DNA of 63,582 nt, counting the filler, from Octopus bimaculoides (lineage: Eukaryota), in the NCBI RefSeq assembly GCF_001194135.2. It is 7 parts of 7 records of this genome, joined end to end, with 100 filler letters (N's around TTAATTAATTAA, not from the genome) between each part and the next. Parts side by side here need not be neighbours in the genome. Positions count along the whole stretch, not along the records: positions 1 to 14,269 come from NC_068985.1; 6 more parts are not named here. The stretch is one strand, 5' to 3'. The translations under genes were made by a program, and so were the position numbers. Position 1 is the first letter of the stretch. Every line of letters begins with the position of its first letter. Under the pieces are notes generated by a model. The model was not told where the DNA came from. It did not search any database and saw only the letters and a list, made by a program, of their open reading frames with translations. Positions 1 through 14,369 of this stretch are shown here, piece by piece.

Positions 1-2549
1 TATATATATATATATATATATATATATGGATAGATAGAAAGATATTCATATGTACGGATGTATATCTTCATATATGTGTGCTAATATATATAAAGGCATA
101 CGTATATATATATATATATACATACATACATACATACATATAGTGGGAGAAGAGAGATAGTTGAGATAAGGAATAACCTGATTGTAGCGATTTATGAAAG
201 CTGAGTATGTGTTCGTGCCGGTATTTATTCATAACATAAGCGGCATGTCAGTTTAGAGAGGGTTTTAATTCTCTAAAATCTTCTACAGATGACTGCTTCC
301 ACATAAACGTCAGTCAAAGCAGTTCATAAATTATTTATGGCCCGAACATTAGCAGCTGTGGAATTTCCTGAAATTTCTCCAATTTGTATTGTTATTGTAT
401 TAATATAAAGGCATCATATTGTACCTTATATAAACCATACAACATCATATACAAACAATATAATAAATCAATATGTATGTTCGGGTTTTTAAGTCAGCAG
501 GATAATGACTTTAATGCGACTAGAACAACATGAACAAAGTCAGAATGAAATGGATTTGCATGTTAGGATGTGGATGTACGCATGCATGTATTTCAGTAAG
601 TATGTACATGTACATCGGTTACGATGATCCGGAACACACTCGGCATGTCGGGCATGAATCGTATTCGGAGTATCTTATGAGTAGATTAAATCTCTCTGTT
701 ATTACATGGATCTTAAGGTATCTCAACCACCATGTGGTAAAACATGATTTGTTGGAGATTTTCTTCCAGCTGTTCAACTTGGATCAATGTTTTTCTTTAT
801 TATGGATTTACTCTCGCAATTGAATTGTTGTGCGGGAGGAAATCCTGTTTTGAATATTTATATTTGTAGGCATTTTTCGGAGAAAAGGTAAAAACAGTGT
901 TTATATGATGTTATGATTATTGAAAATAAGGCATCAAGGAAGAAATCCCAAGTGGTGTTATGTTGTACCATCTGTTTTTGCAAACAATAATTCCGAATCC
1001 ATTTCACGTTATCGGTAATAAGGTGCAGTGTCAAGCAGCTACATGAGATATCATCTATCATGAAACAAATGAATTAATCCAAAGACAGTTGCGAGATACT
1101 TTGGATGTTCTTCGTTCTGACTCATTATATCATGGTAATGCGAAGGAAGCATCTCGCATAATTAATTAAGCGCTGTCAGTCGATGAAGAAATGAGTCATC
1201 AGGAGATTACGATCATAAATCCGGAACAATTGATAACAGTCAACAAAGAAGTTCCTTTATGTTTATGTTAATGAAATTAATAGTTATGTTGTCAAAGAAC
1301 ATAAGGATTTGATGAACTGGTAACCTTATGTTAGATAATATTGTAGTTTTAGTGAAACAGATTATGTTGAATCCCGTGTCGTAGAATGCAAAAAAAAAAA
1401 AAAAGATTCCGTTCAGTATTTACATTTACCATGATTTAGTATCAAAGTATGCTTGCAAGTAAGTTTTAAGAAATGATCACTTCTCATTTACTTTGCCTTC
1501 TAACGGTTTCAAGACCGATATGCTATACAGTTTTAATACGTATCATGTCTTTTCAACTTGTTTACATACATGTAATTCTAGGACAACTATGAATGTTGTC
1601 TATTTTTGCTGTCGGCTATGAATTAATCTGACCCTGAAGAGATACAATATTCCATATTTTATAATATGCATGAGTTGGTCTGGATATTGCATCGAAATGT
1701 TCATAGGTCATTATAAAGTTTTTACAATGGATCATCTTTTAGCGCTTTTTTAAATTGATATACAAACAAAAACTTACTTGTGAGAATTTTGCTACGTTTG
1801 ATAACAGATAAAATATTTTTTACCAAATTTTGGTATTGATCTATAAATACACACACACACACAAACACACACACACACGCACACACACACACACACACAC
1901 ACATATATNNNNNNNNNNNNNNNNNNNNNNNNNNNNNNNNNNNNNNNNNNNNNNNNNNNNNNNNNNNNNNNNNNNNNNNNNNNNNNNNATATATATATAT
2001 AATATGTATATATGTATGCATATATATATATGCATATATATATGTTTATGTATACATGTGTATATATATATATATATATTTATATATGTAATATATATAT
2101 ACAAAGCAAGAGAGAGAGAGGGAAAGAGAGTGAGGAGGAAAGCAAGAGGGAGATTTTTTATTCATTTGCTTGTATATTTAGAAACGCAATATCATCGAAA
2201 ATGATATTTTAATTAGTGCACTTGAAATAATCTACTGCGATCTATTTCCTCTTCTTTACGTTAAGAATTCTTAAAATAATGTGTTAATTAAACACATGTC
2301 GATTAAACAGCTATCTCTAGAATGCTATTCTATTAATATTTAAACCAGATTTAAAGTATCCACTTGCTAGGAAGAACGTTTCTGCATGGATGGATCTAAA
2401 AGTAATGGCTAAAATTAAAACGTTCGTGCGTTTCAGCTCAACTCTGGATTCACTTCCCTTACATCACATTATTGTAAAATTTAGATAGATGCAAATACAA
2501 GACAAATTCATGAAGCCACATTTTCAAATCAAGAATTGGAAGCAAAATA

Positions 2550-4085
2550 AATTGAAAGCTATTTCGTAAACCTCACAAAAGAAACAGCTAGTCAGACGAA
2601 TGCAAATTTTACAGCGTGGGAAGAATGACTGTTACAGAAGAAGAAAGGAGTTTACTATAGCGCCTCAAATAGTGAAAGAGTAGACTGGCAGCTCTGAGAG
2701 GAACCGAGCGAAGAAGATTAAGTAAATTAGCGAGAAAAAACATGAAGGAGCTACTAAGGAAAATTTATCTTGAAATATAACAGATCTAAGCGATTTTGCA
2801 TACTGCGGAGGTGCTGTCGTGGTACAAAGTCTTCAAATTAAAATCACAAGAAAACAAAGGACAAAGTCACCTGCAAGGACCGAAAACTTCAGTGCCACAT
2901 TCAATTGCTCAAGAGAGTTCTTGGACGGATACATGCAATCACAGAAAAGAATAGGGCGAAGAAAAGATATCGGAGCGAACTGCAAGGAAAGCACAGCAGA
3001 AAACACAAAGGACTACAGGCAACTGATGAAGAATTAAGACGAAAATTAATGCAGTGCCGAGTGAAAAGTATACCAGCAGAAAACCAACCAGTAATTGTTG
3101 AATAAGCATTTTAACGAAAGAGAATTCAATAAACAACTAAACAATGAAGGGTAGTCTAAGAGAATGACATGTCAGATGCTGAAACAGTAAGAAAATACAA
3201 TATACCAGATGCGTCTAAGGATTCTGGCCACCCAAATCTCCCAAGAATACAGAGCTAATACACCGCCATTCCTCATTGTCTATATAGAAAATGGAGCTCG
3301 AACTTGGATGGCAATAGGACAGCGCTTATACAGAAACGCTAGACTTACAGCATGTTTACCGTTACTCTAGAAGTTATCTGGCCTCAAAGTAGATGAATCA
3401 TATAAATTTCTGGAAAAAGGGAGACTTTTTTTGAGAGAATTAAAACAGATGCAGAAAGCAGTCATGGGAAAATGCTGTTCTGCTATATATAGATACAAAG
3501 TTACTAAATGAGTTACTAGTCAGGATGAATAGTATAGCTCTTGATGGGATAGATTACAGAAAGGCTTACGACAATATTCCTAACAGTGACTCTCGGTGTG
3601 TCTGGGGACGGTCGGTGTCAATAGATAAAGAAATATTTGCAAAAAGCAAAGTGAGTGGGAAAAGCAGAACTGATATTTGTAAATAAATGGCAGGAAATAC
3701 GAAAATACAAAGGCTATTTTCTGGGAGGTTTCGCCCTCTCAGATACACTTCGTCATTGCGTTAATCCCTCTGACAAACATACAGAAAACATTACATGCCT
3801 GCTTATAAATTTAACAAAACCAAAATGAAAATATGTCACCTGCTTTGTATGGATGATCTCAAACGATATACTCTTTGATTCAGGCTGTAAGAGTATTCAG
3901 TAAACATAGAGGAATGCAGTCTGGGGTAAATAAGTACGCGGTGAACATTATGTAAGCTCTGATGACACAAAATTACCAAAAGTGCACATCATTAGATAAC
4001 TTTGCAAGAATGAAGGAAGGAAATACTGCCAGGCGATAGAATAACAGAAGGACAATCAGAGAGAAAATATTCAAATAATAAAGGA
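2550..4085 (+). mobile_element. Decayed RLE-type (R4/Dong-like) non-LTR retrotransposon, N-terminal and RT region
   Basis: Frameshifted translation gives IDYRKAYDNIP (~3548), FVIALIPLT (~3749), ICHLLCMDDLKRY (~3832, the YxDD-equivalent motif) and VRVFSKHRGMQSGVNKYAV (~3887). Many stops. The start boundary is approximate. Confidence 0.8.
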
Positions 4086-4483
4086 AAATTTAATGTAATT
4101 TAATTTAATCTGTAATGTACGTACCTCTTTATTCCTCATCTTTTTCTTCGAATATAATTTTACACGTTTCTTTGAAATCTGTATTTGCTAACCGTCTTCA
4201 AAATTTGATACTTAATTAATCTTCCGTAATTATCAACTTCAATCTATTACGTTCTTCTCGCAATTTAAATAAAATGTTTTAACTAAATAATGTTTCCTAG
4301 TGTGTTACATTATCGCAAACTTTTATAACATTAGTAAACGTACAATATTTACATCTTTCTGATTCTCCTACGTTACTCCTACACACGCATCTAAATATAT
4401 TCATACTTTTCATTGAATTTACAATTTTAAATATTATCTATTTGTTCTTACAATAAATAAACTTATTATTTCAGTAGTTATTG

Positions 4484-5211
4484 TTATGGTCTGTACGTTG
4501 TGGGTCTGGATTGTAGTGGCAAAGTAACAGAACAACACCCACGAACAATTAACAGACGATTTTATTATTGTACAGAAAGTCAAACTGTTGGCCTTTTACA
4601 GATAACAACAGCAATAATTACATACTGGAGTGAGATACTGGTGGGTGTTTGCTGTAGCTTTTGATACGGCAATATGCAGCTTGCCTAAGGCGGCGAGCAA
4701 GCAGAAACGTTAGCACACCGGGCGAAATACTTAGTACTTCCTCTGTCTTTGTTTTCTGAGATCGAATTCCGCCAACGTTGACTTTGCCTTTCATCCTTTC
4801 GTGGTCGAGAAATTAAATACCAGTTGCATACTCGAGTAGATCTAATCGACTGGCCCCCTCCCCATAAATTTCGGGTCTTGTGCCTAAGTAGAAATAATAT
4901 GTGGCTTGCCTAGCATAACTGCAAACAAAGGTGTCATACACGTGGCAACGAAAGTTCTTGTCAACATGTCTGCGTCACTCGTGTTTGCTGCCTTCATGGG
5001 TCGTAGAAATGCGCATCCAACGGCTTTTATAGGAGATATGACGTCAAACCTCATGATATTTTAGACAATAATCTTTCTAGGTGATAGCCTCACGGTGGTT
5101 GGTCGGGTAATAGACCCTTCTCGCGAAACTATGGTGTTTAACGGTGATGTCAGAACACGTATGTAGAGATTCGGTGTCAAATCACCGCTATATTATCTAC
5201 AACCGTATACA
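4484..5211. mobile_element. Possible solo LTR or other interspersed repeat, interrupted by a SINE
   Basis: Starts TGTTATGG, ends TATACA, is more GC/CpG-rich than its flanks, and has an AATAAA-like signal on the minus strand (~4565). No TSD found. Confidence 0.25.
4687..4895 (+). mobile_element. tRNA-derived SINE, family A, full length with TSD
   Basis: Head AAGGCGGCGAGC, B-box-like GATCGAATTCC, shared body with the other A copies. Flanked by AATATGCAGCTTGCCT (4671-4686) and AATATGTGGCTTGCCT (4896-4911). Confidence 0.9.
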
Positions 5212-5389
5212 ACTCATGTGCACTCAATGACCTCATTTTGTTTCCTATAGGTAATTAATTTATGCCGCAAATCTCATCATAATCGGTTGATATATATACC
5301 CATATACTTACATGACCTATCATTTCCCGACCCGCTGTTACACGTTTCTTTGCGATGCACATTGCATTGACTACCGTGCAACTCATCTA

Positions 5390-5650
5390 GACGCTTGTCG
5401 ATGTATTTAATCAGGTACTTGCCTCCGACAGTGAAACACTTGCTCCCACTCCTCACATAACACCCTTCCTAGTGGCAACTCGTGCTAAGCGGTAAATCAG
5501 TTATACTATCCGCATACATTTTTGCTATTCTATATATGTCTTTCTTCACACCATCCCACTCAGCAAACCCTTCCCTTCAAAAATATCAATAATCGCGTTT
5601 TCATTTCTTCATATATTTCTCTAAATCTACAAATGTATTATCTACCTCCC
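5390..5650 (+). mobile_element. Possible very decayed CR1/L2 3' end
   Basis: Weak resemblance of TCSHSSHNTLP...FLHTIPL to CR1/L2 C-termini. Confidence 0.25.
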
Positions 5651-7100
5651 CCTGTCATGTTTGTTAATTTCTATCTAGCTTCCTCGTATTATGACCTTAT
5701 ATTCTATGCCTGTCTCCTTTCAAACTCACCTTTCTAAACACTGCATTGTATATAATAAATACGCATGACTATACAAATATATATACAAATATGTAGACGC
5801 ATTCTTACGGAATTATATACATGATATAAGTATAAATTCTGTAGCCGGACATATTGATGTATACATATATATGTATGTGTGTGTGTCAATGTGTATGTGC
5901 ATGTTGGTGTGTGTATGTTTATGTACGTAAATATATAAATATAACATATATAAATATAACATTATGTGTTGGTGTGCTTGTATGTTTACGAGTGTGCGTG
6001 TGTGTATTCATGTGCGTGCATTTATGTGTATGTGTGCATTTGCATGCGTGAGTGTGTGTGTGTATGTGTGTGTTTATAGATAGTCTTGCGCTCATGAATA
6101 TATAAACACGAGATTCAATCATTGAAATGTCAAATTTATTGGAAATCAAACTGAATATGAAAGCCTCTATGAAAAAGAATTATAAACACAAAATCCATTT
6201 ATATTCCCTAGAAATATAGTTTGAATAGATATCATAGAAGGAATAATGCCGTAAAATGCTTTGGTTTAATGTAAAATATCTTGGAATGTTTCCTTTATTT
6301 CTCATAGAATTCGCCTTATTATTAGTGAAAAGACAGAAGTTTTTCTTTCATTTTCTTTTACGTTATATCTTTAGTTAGAAACTATTGACATTAATCTTGC
6401 AAATTTTNNNNNNNNNNNNNNNNNNNNNNNNNNNNNNNNNNNNNNNNNNNNNNNNNNNNNNNNNNNNNNNNNNNNNNNNNNNNNNNNNNNNNNNNNNNNN
6501 NNNNNNNNNNNNNNNNNNNNNNNNNNNNNNNNNNNNNNNNNNNNNNNNNNNNNNNNNNNNNNNNNNNNNNNNNNNNNNNNNNNNNNNNNNNNNNNNNNNN
6601 NNNNNNNNNNNNNNNNNNNNNNNNNNNNNNNNNNNNNNNNNNNNNNNNNNNNNNNNNNNNNNNNNNNNNNNNNNNNNNNNNNNNNNNNNNNNNNNNNATA
6701 TATATATATATATATATATACACTGACAGAGAGAGATATAAATATGTACCTGCATAGAAACACACGCCGATATACATATATGCAATAAGTGTACCTAAGT
6801 ACATTAATTAAAATAGAGTGAAAGAAACGCTACAAGAAGATTTTACATGTTTTCCACAATAGAATTAAAACTCTAACTACAAGAGAACATATGAATTGAA
6901 ACTTAGAAGTAAGACTTGATATTATTTGTATGAAATACCTATGTAGATTCAATAAGCCAAAAGAAGAAAGCACACTCGCCAAATCACACTCGTTCGGTTT
7001 CATATTTACTCTTTAGTACAAATAAACCTCACGAACAACATATTACAAAACTTTTATAAATATACTCCATCGTACATAATCCTTCGTACAATATTCCTCA

Positions 7101-7198
7101 GTCTGAATTCCGCTGAGTTTGCGTACTGGGGTCGATCAAATCTACTGTCCCCACTCCACCAAAATTTCGGTCCTTGTGTCTAGTGTAGAAAAGAATAT
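7101..7198 (+). mobile_element. SINE family A, internally deleted 3' fragment
   Basis: GAATTCCGCTGAG...TACTGGGGTCGAT...CAAAATTT...CTTGTGTCTAG...GTAGAAAAGAAT matches the other A copies. Confidence 0.75.
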
Positions 7199-7773
7199 TC
7201 CTCACTCTATGTTGAATTGCCTCACAAAAGGTATGCAAGGTGTTATTTTTCTTCTTTGTTGTAAATGTGAGCGATTCATCCCCAAAGAATGTGGCATGAT
7301 ATAAAATCCATTCATTAATTCTTAATTGCATGGACTTTTTTATCTACCTTTTTCAAAATTTCAAAGATTTCTATTCTGCATCTCATTATTTTGGTAAACC
7401 ATATAATTTATTATATTTAACACCAAGTTCATTGATTGGTTGAATTAGAAGAAGAAGTTAGAAGATGAACATTTAACCAATCTTAGTTTAGTGATCTACG
7501 ATATTTTGATTGAGTTCATCAATGGGAATATATTAATTTGTCACATGCAAAATATTTCCCACACATACACATACACAGATATATATATATATATATATAN
7601 NNNNNNNNNNNNNNNNNNNNNNNNNNNNNNNNNNNNNNNNNNNNNNNNNNNNNNNNNNNNNNNNNNNNNNNNNNNNNNNNNNNNNNNNNNNNNNNNNNNN
7701 NNNNNNNNNNNNNNNNNNNNNNNNNNNNNNNNNNNNNNNNNNNTATACGTGTGTGTGTGTGTGTGTAGGCATA

Positions 7774-7850
7774 TACGACGAGCGTTCATTAAAGATTTCG
7801 CCTAACTCGCTTCTCAAAGACGGGGATAAACGAAAGGTGGCATAATTATT
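7774..7850. mobile_element. Mariner terminal sequence
   Basis: TA-CGACGAGCGTTCATTAAAGAT...GGCATAATTA aligns over ~75 bp with the terminus of the mariner fossil at 9258. Confidence 0.6.
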
Positions 7851-8708
7851 AACAAAGTTTGGACATATATTGCTGTAACGAATATTCAAGCAGAGCAATA
7901 TTTTCAGGTAAGACACACAGAGGTCACTTGATAGAAATATTTCTTTCATACATTGGAATATCTTTTAAGCCCGTAACATCAAGCATTAGACATAATAACG
8001 ATTCAATCAGAATATTCCGTTCTTCCTTATAACATCAATTTCCAAGCATCACATTACAGGAGTTACTTATTTATTTTCATTCGACTTTTATTTTGCTCCT
8101 CTGTTTATTTTTGCATTATGAAATGCTAAACACCTGTGATATTGAAACTTAGGAAATAATCTGCATATGAATGAGCATACGGTTTCATCTCGAAAATAAA
8201 GCATTACCTTCTATCAAAACTATTTTCCAAAAACGAAAAACATTTTGTGCTACATGAGAAAAAAAATTTAAAGTTTTTCAGATCTAATTACCTGTTTCTC
8301 TAAGAAAACAGAATCAATGCAGCAAGTTTAATTTTCTTTAGATATCTCAAAGCATGACCAATGATAATGATTAGAATTTGGCTCCTTTTTGGAGGGAATA
8401 TTTAAAGAATTGTGGAGACATTATAATTAAAATTCTGAAACTTTCAGTAAAATAATGTAAATGTACACCTTTTGTTCAATGGCGTATTACAGAAAAGGTG
8501 ATTATGACTGGAATAACTATGCATACACAGTCAGTAATTTTAAAATAAATAGTGAGATTACTAAAAGTAGTTTGTGTTTTGAGACGTTTGCATGCCAACG
8601 TTAACACGTTATATTCAATAAACAAATGAAAATGACGAAGGCTCATAAATATATGCGCTCTCGTACGTATTCACACACATACTCACAAATATAGAGTACA
8701 GAGAGAGA

Positions 8709-8770
<62 letters not shown>

Positions 8771-9257
8771 GAGAGACAGACAAACAGAAGAAAGCGAGAA
8801 AATAGTGGAAAATAGTAATAGAAACAGTCAATTACTCGTATGATACATCGACAGACAAGAAAATTCATTTCTTGGTTATAAGATTTCATGGATGGCTTAA
8901 AGAAATTTATTTCTTTTCAGTTGCAATATATTTGCTATATTATATGAATTCTATGCTGTAAACAACCTTTATAACAACAATATTTATTTCAGAGATTAAG
9001 TATTCCTATTTAATTATTGATTGGTTATGAAATTCTCGTTAGTTTCTTGCTAAGAAATCTACATCATATTCATGGAATGCACAGAGACGTAGGCAGCACG
9101 TAAATTAGCGATAAAGAAATGATTTATAAAACAAATTCTGCTACTGAAAGTCAAACATGCTCGTTTATATTGAAATTTTGAGTTATTAAGATATTTTGGG
9201 ATACATTATGTCTAGAACATCCCTCCATATATACACACATATGTGTGTAGCCATATA

Positions 9258-9535
9258 CAAGGGGTTTTCATTAAAGATATACCGTAACCCAGTTCGCAAA
9301 GACTTGGAAAAATGAAACTTGGCATGATTACTGTCCCTTCTCTACATAGCAACCACCAATGGTGATACACTTCTCTCATCGCTTATTGCAGCTGTGAAGA
9401 GCTCGTCCTTAGAGGTCCATAGGTTGGGTCTGAGCCAAGACTTTACTTCGGAAATAATTTCATCATCTGAAAAGTGCTTCTCCTTCATAAAAGAGTTCAT
9501 GGTTGGAAAGAGGTGAAAGTCAGATGGTGCGAGGT
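9258..9535 (-). mobile_element. Mariner (DD34D-type) transposase C-terminal fossil with terminal repeat
   Basis: Minus strand reads LAPSDFHLFPTMNSFMKEKHFSDDEIISEVKSWLR, then after a frameshift KR*EKCITIGGCYVEK. These match the YSPDLAPSD motif and the RWxKCxxxxGxYVEK end. TA-flanked terminus at 9256-9290. Confidence 0.9.
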
Positions 9536-12500
9536 ATATACATATATATATATATATATANNNNNNNNNNNNNNNNNNNNNNNNNNNNNNNNNNNNNNNN
9601 NNNNNNNNNNNNNNNNNNNNNNNNNNNNNNNNNNNNNGTATCTACATATGTGTGTTAGTAATCAGATGTTACTGCTACTACTTAACTTACTTTTAATGTT
9701 AATTTCCGAAAGATTTCAATAACTACAGCTCGTGGTCACGTGTTACTAGGACCTTGGATGAAACACTCTTACGTTAAATTTAAAAGACACATTTTACAAA
9801 GAAATGATTATTTATCAGTAATGTTGTTGGGGTAAGAGTGACTATACAGGGGAATAAATAACCTGCAGCTACTGTGTTGCGTAGAGGGCCTAAATAAATG
9901 ACAGACCATATAAAAAATTAAATCAATTAAATGGTGGTAGTAATTGCGGGATATGATACCGTATTTTCTCTGTAAACCATCATATAATATGAAGAATATC
10001 AAAGTTTTAAAACTTAGTATTGTGTTTTTATCTCGTGTTAGCAGTGCGATGTAATTACTTAAAGTTGATTTCTACAGATTGTTTAATAGAAATTAAAGCC
10101 AGCAATGAAATTACAGACAGAAAAAATGATCACATTGTTTATATAGACGTATTCGTTTACGAAAAGTCGTATGTTTTAGTGCTGGCTCTAAATTTTATGG
10201 AATACTCGTCGAGACAGTGTAATGTTAGGGCAAAGTCATATGTGTGTATAACAGTTGCGTTGGAATCTAACCAGCATCATAAGAGATTCTTGAGTAATGA
10301 AACATTTTGTGGATAACAAATTTGAATATAGAGCTGGCCAGTTCATGATTCCACTTTGGGAGAAGAGAATGATGATTGTCTTTGCTTAAAGAATTTTAAA
10401 GTGAATGATTGGAATGCATTTATAACAATTAATGGGAAAGATATTATGCTTTGCCAGACCATGGAATTAAATACTTGCATATCCTAAACGGTTTGCTGAT
10501 AAAACAGAAAACAATTCTGGTACTTGTTACCACGGAATTTGGTTTAATCATTTGATCAAGAAACTCAAAATGTAATTTCAAAAGAAATCAACGAGGTTCC
10601 CGAAAATATGTTAAAGTAATGTCTGAAACTTAACTGAAAGTGAAAGAGGTACTAGTTCATATATCTTGTTGCTAGGAAGAAGAAACAAGTGACATAGAAG
10701 TGCAAGTAACACGAAAGCATCCAGTTGAAAGTAAATGTCACCACAGTGCCAGCGGTTGACATGATAATAAACGAGGAAGTTGAAAGAACAGTTCAATCGC
10801 ATTTAATCGTGATTTCTAAATGTATTAATGTTTAGTAAGCATCGAATGTTTCATTATGTCCTTGGTGACCGAAGTCGTCTTAAATCTCAGCGCCGCATTG
10901 TCTTTCAATAACAGAAACGCTTTGAAGCAACATTTCGAAGGAAATGATTCTTTTACGACAGTTCCTGTTTCCGTAATCAAAATGCAACAACAACTAGAAT
11001 GATGATACCTAAACATTTCAATGGTTATTGAATGTTTGAGGCGCTAATCAAAGAGAATAGATCACTTTTATTTAAGAGTATTTTGATATTCCCAAGGCAG
11101 TGCATATCGTAAATTTCACATCTATATATTCATTGTACAAACACGCCCACGCACGCGCGCACACACACACACACATACACACACACACACACACATACAC
11201 TCACGCACACACAGAAATGTATGTATGTACACACCCTTACATTTGTAATTTATTATGTAAAGAAAACATAGAATAAACCAAAGTCTCATATAAACCGATA
11301 TTTCTACGACGTTCCCTAAAATTACTTTGAACATATTTCAGGTGTTCTTGTCAGGAATAAAAATTAATTAATTTATTATATTTCTATCTCTTTATAACAA
11401 TCACCTGTATATTACTCTCACTGTACTTCGCACTGTATCTCTTTCTCCGTCTTTCGCTTTCTCTCTCTCTCTCACGATCTTTTTTTTTCTTTTTGTTCTG
11501 TTTTTCGTTTGACAGAAACACTTGTATGGCCTTAATAGTTGCAAGCTTGATATAAACTGAATATTGCATAGTGCGCATATAAATACATACATATATATAT
11601 GTATGGGTGTATGTATGTATGTATGTATGTATGTATGTATGTATGTATGTATGTATGCATGTAGGTATGTATGTATGTATTCATGCTCATTTCCACACAC
11701 ACACACACACACATACACACACACATATTGATTTACATTAGAAAAAAGAAAAAGAATGACTTCACTGGCTAAATCAGATTAAATCATTATTTTTTTAATT
11801 TTTCAATAATGGGAATTTTACTCGCTAGTTGGATGGGGAGATTTAAAAAAAAAACTATCCTGACCCAAGCTAACAAACAAGTTACTAAATCTTCTAACTG
11901 AAGTATAAAATTTATATTATCAAAAAATTAAAAGAAAATGATAATATATAAAACTGATAAGAACTACCAGTGAAGTCATTCCTTTTATTATTTCAAATAT
12001 ACGCACAAACACATGCACACACACGCACACACAAGCCCACGTACTCACACACACACATAGACACACGCACACACACATATACATATATATATATATATAC
12101 ATAATACCATATATTTATCTACATATATTCATGTCTATGCGCATATGTGTATCTGTTAGAAAGGATTTGTGTATTTAAGTGGAAAGAATACTTGTGTCTC
12201 GATTTTATTACGAACCAAGATAGAGAGTAAAAACTTGTTCAAACCTTTGACTCTTGAAATTATAACGTGAAGTCGATAGAATTAGACAATTTTTTAAAAC
12301 ATCGACTGTCAGAAATTTTAGAACTTCGGTAAAATTCCTTCCTCCAAGTGTTTTGTTTTCTGTATAAAATGCTTTTTGACGTCAATTTTACGTTCTTCCT
12401 TCGCGTTTCGAGGTGCGATAAGTTAATTACTAGGCTTCAAGCGTCTCATTATTATCTCTCTTACCCCATCTCAACCATTTCACCCGTCTCCCAGCCCTTG

Positions 12501-13451
12501 TCACAATTGACCTCTCAGCAATATGAAGTCATGAGAGGCCATCCTTTCTTACGCCTCGTATAGGATTATTGACTGACAGACAAGCAACTTCATATCCCAT
12601 AGCATGCTATCGACAGCAAAAGATGCGAAATCAGAGAGCACAAAAGGCGTGAACAGTCACACATTATAGTGCAGTGTAGAATTGTAGTTACGAAGGACTA
12701 TATAACTTTATATAATGTGAAAATATGATATGTAGAAACTTAAATGTAAATGGGTGAGGCTAAAACGCAAATCGATATCGATATCAAAACATTTCCTAAG
12801 CGCATTCGCTTGCACTGACTGCAGCTGTTCAAGAATTATTTATTTTCTATTAAATCTATATGATCATTACTAACTTAAATACAATGATCAAAAATATTGT
12901 CTGTTAAATATAAATTCACGTGTTTAAAAATGTAACCGAAACACTTTTTTTTTTTTACTGAAAGCAATACCTTAGAAAAAAAATAGAGAGGGGAGGTAAC
13001 TTGATGAATACAGCTAATTATGAATGGTAATATTATTTCGGTGAATTCTGCAATTTCAGGTGAATTAACTGTCAAATGTCAAGCGAAAGTTAGAAGAATT
13101 CTATGAAACTTCATAATTCTGCAATGTTACGGACAAGACATTTTCTATTACAGAATATATAAGCAGTTTTTAAAAATTTATTTATATTTTTAATTTTTAA
13201 TAATGATAGAATAGTATGTCGTGATATCAGTAGATATAAACTATATTTTGTGCATCAAAACAACAATGACAGCCAATAATATATATATTTTTTTAATATA
13301 AAATAATATAGCAATGTAAGACTGTACATGTATGTGTCTGTGTGCGTATAATAAAACGGAAAGGCACTCACGTAGCGATAGAAGTGGGTATATATATGTA
13401 TTCATATATATATATATCCATAAATATCAACATAAATAAATAAATAAATGA

Positions 13452-13488
<37 letters not shown>

Positions 13489-13570
13489 TAAATATATATA
13501 CAAATTTACATATATATGCAAATACACATATATGTGTTTATATGTGCATACATATACATATATGTATACA

Positions 13571-13601
<31 letters not shown>

Positions 13602-14091
13602 TTACACACATATATACGTATGTATACATACACCCCCAAACACACACATATATATGTATGTATATGTGGTCAGAAAGACATGGTGCATAAATATAAGTAT
13701 AAATGTTTCTATTTACATGAGGTTAGCTGTGTCTGTGTTGTATGTACTTCTATACACATTACACTGTACACCTATATACATGAACATATGATCATGTACA
13801 CATATTGGGCTGTTTCTATGCTAACAAGCAATAACCTAAGTATATTTCACTTAGCTGACCTCTTCATTATTTTGGGTACATTGTCAATATTTTGTTCAAG
13901 TTTTTGGAAGAGAGAAAATATGACATCTGTATAAAAAAGGGGTAAAAAATAAAACTTGCAGATTCTCTAAAAAGTCAATACACAATGAAAGATTCATTGG
14001 TAAAAAAAAGCAACTCAAAAAACAAGATCTATATGAATAAACATCTATCTGTGCGTGTTTGTGAGTGTATGTGTGTGTGCGTGTGTGTGTG

Positions 14092-14142
<51 letters not shown>

Positions 14143-14269
14143 ATGTGGGGTTGCGATGTTGGAGAGCGATGAGATGCATATAAAACCAGGTAACAAGTTA
14201 GAAATTGATCTGGGTAAAATATTACATTCGCATACAAATAACAAAGCATGAAAAGAAAAATTCAATCGT

Positions 14270-14369
14270 NNNNNNNNNNNNNNNNNNNNNNNNNNNNNNN
14301 NNNNNNNNNNNNNTTAATTAATTAANNNNNNNNNNNNNNNNNNNNNNNNNNNNNNNNNNNNNNNNNNNN
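14270..14369. other. Assembly spacer: 44 N + TTAATTAATTAA + 44 N. Also at 24848-24947, 49243-49342, 56242-56341, 60973-61072 and 62250-62349
   Basis: The same 100-bp construct occurs six times, and the 12-mer has stop codons in all six frames. Confidence 0.95.

Noticed and set aside
530-1100. ORFs 530-823 and 858-1061, and a minus-strand CPTCRVC motif
   Set aside because: No recognisable family motif series. It might be an old LINE remnant, but the evidence is too weak to call.
10760-11030. CpG-containing unique stretch with a 63-aa ORF
   Set aside because: No recognisable protein and no convincing splice-site pair.
14314-14325. TTAATTAATTAA as a biological motif (PacI site, homeodomain site or piggyBac target)
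   Set aside because: Always centred in a fixed 100-bp N block, so it is an assembly linker.
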